A DNA stretch of 64,000 nt, from the IMG/VR virus record IMGVR_UViG_3300025168_000036. One strand, 5' to 3'. Numbering within the stretch: the first letter of the stretch is position 1; every line of letters begins with the position of its first letter. Shown in pieces: positions 18,538-27,418 of the stretch. This DNA comes from a virus. The notes beneath the pieces are model-generated. The model was not told where the DNA came from and did not search any database. It worked only from the letters and a program-made list of their open reading frames with translations. The translations under genes and the position numbers were made by a program.

Positions 18538-19821
18538 TTATATCATTTTTGGGAATGAAGCTTTATCTCTACCTAGGTCTAAGAACCTCTCAAAGATTAA
18601 ACCCCAATCTAGTGGATTGACTTCTGTTAAGCCTAGCACAAATGCAATTAGGCTTCCTGCAACTGAACCTCTACCAGGTCCAATATATATCTTTTCTTTA
18701 TTACAATATTGTATTATGTCCTCAAGTATAAGAAAGTATCCAATGTAATTCATTTTACGTAATACTGAATATTCATATCTTATCCTATCTTTTACCTCAT
18801 CTGATATATCATTGCCAAATCTGTACTTAAGTCCATGTTTTATCTTTTCTTGAAATATGACTTGTTCATCATCATATAATTTTGGAAGCTTTACATCGGC
18901 ATCAAAGTTTGTGTCTTGAACAAGGTCAAGTATTTTGTGACAGTTATTTGCCGATTCAATAAATACATCTTCAGTAAACCACTCATTGCAGTGGTGCTTT
19001 TTCCAAGATGCATGCATTTCGTCATAGTTTTTATAATAAAGTTCTCTGGCATGATAACCTTTTAAGTTTTCACAATCAGTAATACCATCCTTATTAGATC
19101 TATCTCTAATTGTTATTAGCATGTCATGAACTTCCTGATCATCATAGCGAATATAGTGAGCGTCATTGGTCACAACTGTTTCTATATCAAGTTCTTTTGC
19201 AATCTGAACAAGTTGTTTATTACAATCAATTTGTTCTTGCATCTGATGTACTTGTAGTTCTATAAAGTATTTGTCGCCAAATCTGTCCTTATATCTTTTG
19301 GCCACACTTTTGGCCTGTTCGTAGTCACCATTCATTAAATGAAACGGTATTTCACCACCTAGACATGCAGAAGTGATTACAAGACCCTCACCATATTTAC
19401 TAAGCATTTCAAAATCTGTTCTTGGTTTAGAATAGAAGCCATTCATGTGGGCATCATTATTAATTCTAATTAGATTTTTTATTCCTTTATTATTATATGC
19501 TAAGACAAGAAGGTGAAAATACTTTCTGTATTTTTGTTTGTTTTCATCTATCTGCCTATCACCCTCAGACATAAATCTGTGATTGTTAACATATAGTTCA
19601 CAACCAAACACAGGAGTAATACCCTCTTGTCTAGCATACTTCCATAACCTGGCCCAGGATGAGATCACACCGTGATCAGTAATTGCTAAGTGACTTAAAT
19701 TGTTCTCCTTGCCGAAGTCAATAAGTTCCTGCAACTTTGAAAGTGCATCTCTGGTTGAAAATTCACTATGGCAATGTATTTGTACGAAGCCATTCTTAAC
19801 ATCTTTCCTGGGTTTTATCAT
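18538..19821 (-). CDS. dnaE: DNA polymerase III alpha, N-terminal PHP subunit
   Basis: HCHSEFS..D, AITDHG, GCE, HLLVLA, TNDAHY, GPGRGSVAGSL, FERFL. Confidence 0.92.
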   Translation of the reverse strand: MIKPRKDVKNGFVQIHCHSEFSTRDALSKLQELIDFGKENNLSHLAITDHGVISSWARLWKYARQEGITPVFGCELYVNNHRFMSEGDRQIDENKQKYRKYFHLLVLAYNNKGIKNLIRINNDAHMNGFYSKPRTDFEMLSKYGEGLVITSACLGGEIPFHLMNGDYEQAKSVAKRYKDRFGDKYFIELQVHQMQEQIDCNKQLVQIAKELDIETVVTNDAHYIRYDDQEVHDMLITIRDRSNKDGITDCENLKGYHARELYYKNYDEMHASWKKHHCNEWFTEDVFIESANNCHKILDLVQDTNFDADVKLPKLYDDEQVIFQEKIKHGLKYRFGNDISDEVKDRIRYEYSVLRKMNYIGYFLILEDIIQYCNKEKIYIGPGRGSVAGSLIAFVLGLTEVNPLDWGLIFERFLDLGRDKASFPKMI

Positions 19822-19825
19822 AGTA

Positions 19826-19893
19826 CTAATATAACAATTTTTATTGAAGTAAAAAAACTTTTTACGTATTATTTTTGAAAGTTATTAACAATT
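19826..19893 (-). repeat. Dispersed promoter-associated repeat, copy B (more diverged), directly upstream of dnaE-N
   Basis: TAATATAACAA...AAAAAAA...TACGTATTATTTTTGAAAGTTATTAACAATT on + strand. Confidence 0.7.
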
Positions 19894-20242
19894 ACATGCA
19901 ATGGTTCATCCACTTTCCGTAAAACTTAAGGTATTCTTTTTCCAGTCTGCCAAACGTTAGTGTCTTATAGTGCACACTTTCTAGCTTATCATTTGGGAGG
20001 TGTGTTGAAAGATAGTTATCTATTAAATTTTGCAAACCTTTTATATCATGATACTGTATGAGATTAGTGGGAAAGCAAAACATGAACTCTTTTGTGCCGT
20101 CTTCTCTATTTAGTATATAGCTCCAAAAGTCATCTATATATAATCTTGAATCTATATTACTCTCTACTTGTGATTCCCAAAATTTAATCTCAGCCTTTGC
20201 AGCTGGATTTTCATAGAAGCAGGTTGTTAATTTTACTTTCAT
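19892..20242 (-). CDS. Hypothetical protein within the nucleotide cassette
   Basis: 116-aa ORF overlapping the dNTPase-HAD gene. Confidence 0.55.
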   Translation of the reverse strand: MKVKLTTCFYENPAAKAEIKFWESQVESNIDSRLYIDDFWSYILNREDGTKEFMFCFPTNLIQYHDIKGLQNLIDNYLSTHLPNDKLESVHYKTLTFGRLEKEYLKFYGKWMNHCM

Positions 20243-21143
20243 GTTTTATACCTTTATTTAGTTTTCTATCTAGTGTCTCTTCTGTATATAAGCCAAAGTT
20301 TGGCTTTAAGTATACTTCAAATCCACTATCATTTAATTTATTTGCATTATTTATATCATCATCTATACAAAATGCAACCTGTTCGGGGTCAAAGTTATTT
20401 ATAATATACTTTTCCTTCTCTTCATCAAACACAATTGCATCATAGCATATACCATTGTCCTTAAGCCACTTAATTGTGTCTGAATATATTCTAAAATACT
20501 TTTTATATGGCCTTGCGGTAAGAAGTACAACACTATATTTCTTGCATGCGTCTTTCATAAACTGCTTTGCACCATCTAGCACATCTAATGTTGCTTTTAC
20601 ACCACATGTTCTATATTCAGATTTTATTCTATATTGTTCTTTTTTATCAACTTCTGATTTGAATTGACTTAGACTTTCATAGCCAGACCACTTTAAGAAT
20701 CCACCTGGCCAATCTGCAAGTACACCATCTATATCTATAAAAGCAATCTTTTTATCAGATGCCTTAATCTTTTTCATTACCTTTTCTTGGTTAAATTTAG
20801 CCTCTACAACTCTTGATTTGTCCATAAACTTTTCATATAAGTCATCTACACTAAAGCCATTAAGTTGAATTATTCCAAATAGATATTTTAATACATCAAC
20901 ACATTCCTCTAATACATTATCATTTACATCTTCAGTCTTTTTTGATGTGTGCATCTTCCAATCTATTTCATCTAGTACTTCATATACTTCCTTAGATAAT
21001 GCTAGAACATATTCTTTATTCCATTTTATCTTTAATTCCTTATCATTAACGACATCATCTATTGTAAGATTGTGTTTATCTTTAAAGAACTTCTCTGTAA
21101 AGCTCTTTTGTAATTCGAAAATTTCTTTTAATTTATCTTTCAT
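20211..21143 (-). CDS. All-alpha dNTP pyrophosphatase (dimeric dUTPase/T4 gp56-like) fused to HAD 5'(3')-deoxyribonucleotidase
   Basis: EVYEVLDEIDWKMH...EECVD; then DIDGVLAD, LTARP, IDDD. Start 21143 gives an ATGA overlap with the upstream stop. Confidence 0.8.
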   Translation of the reverse strand: MKDKLKEIFELQKSFTEKFFKDKHNLTIDDVVNDKELKIKWNKEYVLALSKEVYEVLDEIDWKMHTSKKTEDVNDNVLEECVDVLKYLFGIIQLNGFSVDDLYEKFMDKSRVVEAKFNQEKVMKKIKASDKKIAFIDIDGVLADWPGGFLKWSGYESLSQFKSEVDKKEQYRIKSEYRTCGVKATLDVLDGAKQFMKDACKKYSVVLLTARPYKKYFRIYSDTIKWLKDNGICYDAIVFDEEKEKYIINNFDPEQVAFCIDDDINNANKLNDSGFEVYLKPNFGLYTEETLDRKLNKGIKHESKINNLLL

Positions 21144-22099
21144 CTTAATTCCTTTGTCCATCCTAGAACTCTATCTAGTACCTCATTTGCCTTTACCTTA
21201 TGATTCCATTGTGCGAATCTACCTAACATATATATTTTGTCTATCTTATCTAGATTAATACTATTTTGAATTTGGAATGGCAAGCCTTCAAATTTATGTA
21301 TTATAGGATAAGGTGGAGTTATTGGCTCCACAGACTCATATACCATATAATTATTAAAGTATGTCTTTCTTGACCAGCCTTCTGTGTGACCATAAATATA
21401 GTCAAACTTGGATAGCTCACCTTTATTTGTCTGGTAGAAACATTTTGGTAGTGTTGTAAGATCATATTTATCTAGCTCATCTCCATCCCATATTGAACCA
21501 AGTGGAGATTCCTTAGTAAGAAGCTTTAGATTAAGTGTGTTTATAACAACATTATAGCTTCTACACATTGAAGGTCCTGCACCATCCTTTGCATATATGT
21601 ATCCGTGTGAGTCTACCTTTGTAATTCTTTCTCTTTTAAGCTGACCTCTATCAATATCAATTATTTTTAATAGTGTTTCAAATAAGAATTTATAGCTATC
21701 CTCACCCATGTCTTCTATTTCTAGGTGCTGTATTTCATTCTTGCCTTCAGATAGGTAGCTTGACTCAGACTTACTTTTTCCTCTAGTAAGTTTTGTATAC
21801 TTATTCTTAAAACCTGGAGGTAGGACTACGTCTCTTTTTCCATCTTCCTCATACCCAACAATTGCTACAACTGTTTTTATTCTATATGAATGCAAACCTG
21901 CATCATTTAATACACTTCTAACGAATTTTTCTGAATTTTCTGTTTTTTGGATTAATCTAGGTCCTGGAATAAACGGTAAATTTAACTGGCCTAGTGGATT
22001 TTCATCATAAACAGCATATTCTGGAAAGTAGTATCCAGCTATTAAACCTGCCGGACCTCCACCTAATATACAACCTTGTTTCATTTTATTTTCTTTCAT
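21140..22099 (-). CDS. FAD-dependent Rossmann enzyme (UDP-galactopyranose mutase/HemY-like fold)
   Basis: ILGGGPAGL at the N-terminus; LGRFAQWNH near the C-terminus. Confidence 0.7.
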   Translation of the reverse strand: MKENKMKQGCILGGGPAGLIAGYYFPEYAVYDENPLGQLNLPFIPGPRLIQKTENSEKFVRSVLNDAGLHSYRIKTVVAIVGYEEDGKRDVVLPPGFKNKYTKLTRGKSKSESSYLSEGKNEIQHLEIEDMGEDSYKFLFETLLKIIDIDRGQLKRERITKVDSHGYIYAKDGAGPSMCRSYNVVINTLNLKLLTKESPLGSIWDGDELDKYDLTTLPKCFYQTNKGELSKFDYIYGHTEGWSRKTYFNNYMVYESVEPITPPYPIIHKFEGLPFQIQNSINLDKIDKIYMLGRFAQWNHKVKANEVLDRVLGWTKELR

Positions 22100-22102
22100 A
22101 CT

Positions 22103-22114
22103 TTAATATAACAA
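22103..22114 (-). promoter_or_regulatory. Putative early/middle promoter element TT(G/A)TTATATT(A/T), representative copy heading the nucleotide cassette
   Basis: Same element, always just upstream of a gene, at 1194, 10413, 15325, 19826, 22103, 30612, 31658, 32057, 35807, 55476, 55925 and 63326. Confidence 0.7.
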
Positions 22115-22134
22115 ATTTTTGTGAATAAAAAAAA

Positions 22135-23019
22135 TTATAAGCAACTTAAATATCTTTCACCTCTGTCACATAGTATTGTAATTGCGTTTGTTTTATCATT
22201 ATCTCTTAACCATTGAAATGCAGCTTTAACATTAGCACCTGCACTTATTCCTACAAATAGTCCATATCTTAGAGCTAAGTGTCTTGCAGCTGCCTTAGCA
22301 CATTCAGTTTTAACTGGTACAATATCAGAAACAAAGTTTAGATCTACTAAAAATTTGCTTCCATCACCAATTCCTTGTATGCCATGAAGTCCTGGTTCTC
22401 CTCCGCTCATTACTGCACTTTCCTCTGGCTCAACTGCTACTATATTTATTCCTGGAACTTGCTCCTTTAGATATCCTCCTGCACCCATTATAGTTCCTCC
22501 AGTTCCTGTGCCTACTACAAATGCCTCTGGCCAGTGATCTGTTAGTTCATAGTATTCATCATGTATTTCTGGTCCTGTTGTTTTGTAGTGTGCCTCTATA
22601 TTAAGTGGGTTATGAAATTGATTGCAATTAAAGTATCCAAATGTTTCTGCTAAAGTATCTCTAGTTTCTATTGCTCCATCAAAATCTCCGGCATCAACTT
22701 GTATTAAGTCTGCTCCGTAAAACTTTAGCATTTGTTTTCGCTCTTCAGACATATTAGATGGCATAACAATTTTCATCTTATAGCCCCTTTCTGCTGCTAA
22801 CATTGCAAAAGCTATTCCTGTATTGCCCGAAGTTGCCTCTATTAGTGTGCCTCCTTTTTTAATTAGCTTTCTATTTTCGGCATCATTTAATATGTATGTT
22901 GCCATTCTGTCTTTAACACTACCTCCTGGGTTCATAAACTCACATTTGCCCCATACTGTATACTTTCCAAATCTAATTGGTATAAGCGGTGTATTACCTA
23001 CATTTTTGCTTAATCTCAT
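22135..23019 (-). CDS. cysK: Cysteine synthase (PLP-dependent, CysK/CysM family)
   Basis: GNTPL, NPGGSVKDR, ATSGNTG, GTGTGGT, HGIQGIG, DRGERYLS. Start 23019 overlaps the upstream TGA. Confidence 0.9.
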   Translation of the reverse strand: MRLSKNVGNTPLIPIRFGKYTVWGKCEFMNPGGSVKDRMATYILNDAENRKLIKKGGTLIEATSGNTGIAFAMLAAERGYKMKIVMPSNMSEERKQMLKFYGADLIQVDAGDFDGAIETRDTLAETFGYFNCNQFHNPLNIEAHYKTTGPEIHDEYYELTDHWPEAFVVGTGTGGTIMGAGGYLKEQVPGINIVAVEPEESAVMSGGEPGLHGIQGIGDGSKFLVDLNFVSDIVPVKTECAKAAARHLALRYGLFVGISAGANVKAAFQWLRDNDKTNAITILCDRGERYLSCL

Positions 23020-23222
23020 TTCTTTTTCGAAACAAAATCTATTGTATCCTCTTGTGATGGCCACCTTATCTCCTTTTTGCAATCTTTACATACCCACATT
23101 ATGTTACTGCTACCTTCCAAAAATGATAGCTCTTGCATTTTATGTGTACACTCTTTTTGTATTTTATTTATTTCTTTTTGTAAACCTTTAATCTTATCAT
23201 TAAGATTTTCTACTGGTTTCAT
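23016..23222 (-). CDS. Small coiled-coil plus zinc-finger protein
   Basis: CTH...CKDC. Confidence 0.55.
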   Translation of the reverse strand: MKPVENLNDKIKGLQKEINKIQKECTHKMQELSFLEGSSNIMWVCKDCKKEIRWPSQEDTIDFVSKKK

Positions 23223-23227
23223 AGTGT

Positions 23228-24997
23228 TTATCCCTCACAGACAGCACACTCCTTCATGGCATTAGCAGCAATATCTCCTCTAAGAACACTTTCTGTTCTA
23301 AAATAATATAGAGTTTTTATACCTTGCTTCCAGGCTTCCAAGTGAACTTGATTAATCCACTTTGGTGTAGCCTCTTTTGGGAAAGCTAGATTAAGAGAGA
23401 CTGCTTGGTCAATATATTGTTGTCTAATACCACCCTGTCTTACTAGTTCTAATTGGTTAATTTCCTTAAAAGTTTTATAAACCTCTTTAACCGAAACTGG
23501 ATCATCTAACTCCGTTGAGTCACTACATAAAATTAACTTTCCATTTAAGTAGCACCACTTATCCAATTCTTTAATATCTTGCACACTTCCTCCATCTGCA
23601 AGTATTTTATCCCAAGTCTCTTTATTATTTATTCCTGCTTTTCTTAATACTTTTTCTAATTCTTTATTCTTTCTAATAAATGTACCTTTTGCACTTTGTT
23701 CTGTATATACATTTGCCGGTATTGGTTCAATTCCAGAACTAACACCACCAGCCAACTTTGAATTTGATACAGTTGGTGCAACTGCTCTTAGGTGTGTATT
23801 TCTCATTCCTGTTCCAACACACCATAGTGGTTCACCAAACTTTGTTGCAAGATCTCTTGATGCATGATCAGATTCAGTCTTTATTTGTCCAAATATTCTT
23901 CTTGTTTCAAATTGTGCAGGCAAACCTTCAAAAGGGATACCTTTTTGCTGTAGATATGTATGCCATCCTAACACACCTAGCCCTAATGCCCTACCTTTCT
24001 CTGCACTCCTCACTGAGTTTTCAAATCCTTGTCTATGCTTAGCCTTTTCAATAAACTCTTGCAAGACACCATCTAAGAACCAAGTTGCTGTATAGATTAG
24101 ATCTGTATCTTTCCATTCCTCATATTTTGATAGATTCAGTGAGCTTAGACAGCAAACAAAAGAGTGACTTTCATCTGTATGTAATACTATTTCACTACAT
24201 ATATTTGTCATATACACCTTTAGTGCATTCTTTTTATATGCCTCTGGGTTTTGTTTATTAACATTTCCTCTATACATTACATAAGGCTCACCAGTTTGTC
24301 TTCTCTTCTTAAGTAGGTTCATCCACTTTCTTCTAGATTCTGGATCTCCTGCCTCAAGGTTTCTCATAAACTTGTCACCAACAACTGCACACTGGTGCAT
24401 ATTAAGAGACTGTCTATTTACATCACCTTTTGGTTCTCTTATTTCTAGCCAATCATCAAAATCTGGATGTTCGATATTTAGATTAACACTAGCTGCACCT
24501 CTTCTTACTGCACCTTGATTTGTTGCAAGTATTGTAGAGTCATATATCTTACAAAACGGAACAACTCCATCACTGGTTCCATTACCTGATATTTTTGCTC
24601 CAGCTGGTCTTATTTGGTTTATTCCTATACCTACACCTCCACCATGTTTTGCTAGCAACATCATTTCCAGATTCTTTCTACCAATATCAACAATACTATC
24701 TGCTACATCTATTCCAAAGCAGCTAATTGGCAGTCCTCTTTCTAGGCCTGTGTTACTTAGTACTGGACTAGCTAAACATAGCCAACCTTTCCATATATAG
24801 TCAAAGAATTTTGTTGCCAACTCAGGTCTATCTAACCTTTTTGCTACCGTTGTACATACTCTCCAGTATGCATCTTTAGGCTTCTCTCCATTATACAGAT
24901 ATCCATTGGATATTGTTTGTACATATACTTGATTATTTGCCCAACTTGGGAAGTCTACATCTATTTCCCAACCTAAGTGTTCTGCGTGATTTTTCAT
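23228..24997 (-). CDS. nrdA: Ribonucleotide reductase class I alpha subunit (no N-terminal ATP cone)
   Basis: PISCF, GGGVG, TNICSEI, VCCLSS, APTVSNS, KTLYY, C-terminal CAVCEG. Confidence 0.95.
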   Translation of the reverse strand: MKNHAEHLGWEIDVDFPSWANNQVYVQTISNGYLYNGEKPKDAYWRVCTTVAKRLDRPELATKFFDYIWKGWLCLASPVLSNTGLERGLPISCFGIDVADSIVDIGRKNLEMMLLAKHGGGVGIGINQIRPAGAKISGNGTSDGVVPFCKIYDSTILATNQGAVRRGAASVNLNIEHPDFDDWLEIREPKGDVNRQSLNMHQCAVVGDKFMRNLEAGDPESRRKWMNLLKKRRQTGEPYVMYRGNVNKQNPEAYKKNALKVYMTNICSEIVLHTDESHSFVCCLSSLNLSKYEEWKDTDLIYTATWFLDGVLQEFIEKAKHRQGFENSVRSAEKGRALGLGVLGWHTYLQQKGIPFEGLPAQFETRRIFGQIKTESDHASRDLATKFGEPLWCVGTGMRNTHLRAVAPTVSNSKLAGGVSSGIEPIPANVYTEQSAKGTFIRKNKELEKVLRKAGINNKETWDKILADGGSVQDIKELDKWCYLNGKLILCSDSTELDDPVSVKEVYKTFKEINQLELVRQGGIRQQYIDQAVSLNLAFPKEATPKWINQVHLEAWKQGIKTLYYFRTESVLRGDIAANAMKECAVCEG

Positions 24998-25011
24998 TTA
25001 TAACTCTCCTC

Positions 25012-26004
25012 TTAAAATATTTCATCCCAATTATCATCTTCACCGGCTTTGCTATAATCAGTAGGCCTAATACTAAAAAAGTCAGTATGAGTATGGCCAC
25101 CAGTAAGATGATAGAACCAATCCAGATTGCTGGCTTGCTTTTCATTAACTGTGAAAATTTGTTCATATCCTAGCTCCTTTAATTTATCATTTGTTCTTTG
25201 TTTAATAAACTCCTTTAAGTCTGATGCTGATAAATTCTCCAAGTCACCCATTTCAAACATTTTATCTATAAACTTTTCTTCCAAATCAACAATAAGCCTT
25301 GCAGCTTCTAGTATTGACTCCTTAGATTGCTCTCTTAATTCTGGAAATTCATCACACGTATGATTAAATAGTTGGCAACCCATTCTACTATGTAGAGATT
25401 CATCTCTTACACTCCATTTCATTTGTTGACCTACACCTTTTAGCATGTTTCTCATCTGAAAGCTATATAGTACTGCAAATGAACTATATAAGCTTACACC
25501 TTCTGCAAATGCGGAGAAGATTGCCAAACTTTTTGCAACTTCCTTTCTAGCATCTGGTGAAGTTGCTAAGTCTTCGTGAGTATAATCACCACCAGTATTC
25601 ATTAGTAGATCAAACTTATCTGCAGTTGCAGGTTCATGTAAAAATGCCTCAAAATCTTCTAAGCCTAGTGTTTCGTTTAAGTAGCTATATGCAACTGCAT
25701 GTATTGTCTCTTGTGAACCAAACATCATTGCCATTTGCCTTATCTCATGCTTTGGATACCATTTAGTAACCATATTTGTCCAATAGTCAGAAACTGCACA
25801 CTCAGTTTGTGCAAACCCTAAAAGTATATTTCCAACTAAATTTTTTTCTGCTGGTGAAAGATTTTCTTTCCAGTCTTTTACATCACCTTGCATTGCTATT
25901 TCTGTATGCAACCAAAATGCTTGTGCCTGTTTAAGCCAACCCTCTGTATAATATATAGGGTATTCAAAAGGCTTAAAAGGCACTCTTTCCTCAAAAAGCG
26001 CCAT
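25012..26004 (-). CDS. nrdB: Ribonucleotide reductase class I beta subunit
   Basis: FWLHTE, ETIHAVAY, EGVSLYSSF, RDESLH, DFF..RPTDY. Confidence 0.95.
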   Translation of the reverse strand: MALFEERVPFKPFEYPIYYTEGWLKQAQAFWLHTEIAMQGDVKDWKENLSPAEKNLVGNILLGFAQTECAVSDYWTNMVTKWYPKHEIRQMAMMFGSQETIHAVAYSYLNETLGLEDFEAFLHEPATADKFDLLMNTGGDYTHEDLATSPDARKEVAKSLAIFSAFAEGVSLYSSFAVLYSFQMRNMLKGVGQQMKWSVRDESLHSRMGCQLFNHTCDEFPELREQSKESILEAARLIVDLEEKFIDKMFEMGDLENLSASDLKEFIKQRTNDKLKELGYEQIFTVNEKQASNLDWFYHLTGGHTHTDFFSIRPTDYSKAGEDDNWDEIF

Positions 26005-26059
26005 ATTATTCTCCGTTTATTTTTATTTTTGTATCTATAAATATCATTATATATGTATA

Positions 26060-27418
26060 TTAAGATGGTTCCTCATTAAGCTCCTGAAATTTATTTTTAA
26101 GTAATTTTCTGGTTGTCTCCTCATGATTATCCATTTTATGCTGAACCTCCTTACCTTGTACTGATGATTGTGCAAATATCTCTATGTGTCCGTTACTTGC
26201 ATTCATCTTACTTGGTAGTGTAATTCCATCTGGTCCAAATCTATTCTTAATTACATGCCATCTTCCTGTTCCATCGACCTTGTCTTCTATCTTTCTACTT
26301 AAAGAAACTACAAAGTCTGCTGTCATAATTTTACTATATGATTCAGCAATTTTATCTGCCTGTATTATGTCTTCTTGCAATGCAGACCTATTTGCTTGAG
26401 ATGCAGTCCATACTGGTATCTCTTGTTCTCCTGCTAGGCCTCTTAAGTCTTCATAGATATTACCTAGCTGTATTCTTAGCTCAGTTGTTTTGCCTTGACC
26501 TCTTAATAGATCTGCGTAGTCAACTATAACAAGGTCTGGGTTTATTCCTTGCATCCTACATCTTTCAATATGACCTGCAATTGTACTTACAGATGCACCT
26601 TTTGTAGGATAGTATTTTACTATAAGATTTCCTGTTAGTTTTTCAACAGTCTCTTTTACCTCATCTATATTATACTTTAAGTTTTGTGCTGCAATGCCTG
26701 TAAATACACTATCATATCTTAATCCTACATATGCCTCATTTAGCTCAAGTGTATAGTGTAATACTGTCTTTCCTGCCTTAACTGCATTTGCAGCAACATT
26801 AACCAATGCCCAAGACTTACCAATACCTGCAGGGGCAACCATAACTCCTAGTTCGCCTTTACCTAAGCCTCCATCTGCCAATTCATCTATTACATCCCAA
26901 CCAGTAGTACAAGTATTTCTTACTGACTCAGAGTATCTGTCATCAATATTTTCCATATACTCATGCCCCAGGTTTCTTTCTGCACCAGCCTTCATTGCAT
27001 CATCAATTAGCTGCTTTATTGAGTCATATTCACCACCTTTTAGTAGATCAACAGACTTAACAATTGCATTCTTTAGATTCTGATTTTTACAGAAGTCTAG
27101 TGTTTGCTCCTTAACAAAGTCAAGATCCTCTGCACCAATATATCTATAAACATCTTTTAGATGAGATATCACAGTCTCCTTTAGGACATCATTATCTATC
27201 TCTGTCACCTTTACCTTAAGTACCTCTTTTGTTGGTACTCCTTTATACTCAGCAAAATAATCTCTTATAACATCTACCAAAAACTTATTTGCATCATTCT
27301 CAAAGAATTCAGAACTTAATATGTCTATGATCTGCTGAGTAAATGCTTTGTCAGTAAATAGGCAAGTCAATACCTTTATCTGAAACGCATATCCGTATTC
27401 TGATAGTTTATTGCTCAT
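26060..27418 (-). CDS. DnaB/gp41-like replicative helicase
   Basis: APAGIGKS, YTLEL, IVDYADL, TASQANR, KNRFGPDG. Confidence 0.92.
   Translation of the reverse strand: MSNKLSEYGYAFQIKVLTCLFTDKAFTQQIIDILSSEFFENDANKFLVDVIRDYFAEYKGVPTKEVLKVKVTEIDNDVLKETVISHLKDVYRYIGAEDLDFVKEQTLDFCKNQNLKNAIVKSVDLLKGGEYDSIKQLIDDAMKAGAERNLGHEYMENIDDRYSESVRNTCTTGWDVIDELADGGLGKGELGVMVAPAGIGKSWALVNVAANAVKAGKTVLHYTLELNEAYVGLRYDSVFTGIAAQNLKYNIDEVKETVEKLTGNLIVKYYPTKGASVSTIAGHIERCRMQGINPDLVIVDYADLLRGQGKTTELRIQLGNIYEDLRGLAGEQEIPVWTASQANRSALQEDIIQADKIAESYSKIMTADFVVSLSRKIEDKVDGTGRWHVIKNRFGPDGITLPSKMNASNGHIEIFAQSSVQGKEVQHKMDNHEETTRKLLKNKFQELNEEPS

Noticed and set aside
18530-18545. Split intein, intron or frameshift joining the two dnaE ORFs
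   Set aside because: No intein N-terminal block after the extein, no His-Asn/Cys junction, only 1 nt between the genes, and a clean TAA-T-ATG coupling.
13780-22099. Assigning the cassette to a known pathway (Z-base, 7-deazaguanine, hmU hypermodification, T4 glucosyl-hmC)
   Set aside because: No PurZ, FolE/QueC/DpdA, dCMP deaminase, 5-hmU DNA kinase or canonical gp42 recognised in the window, so the product is left unassigned.
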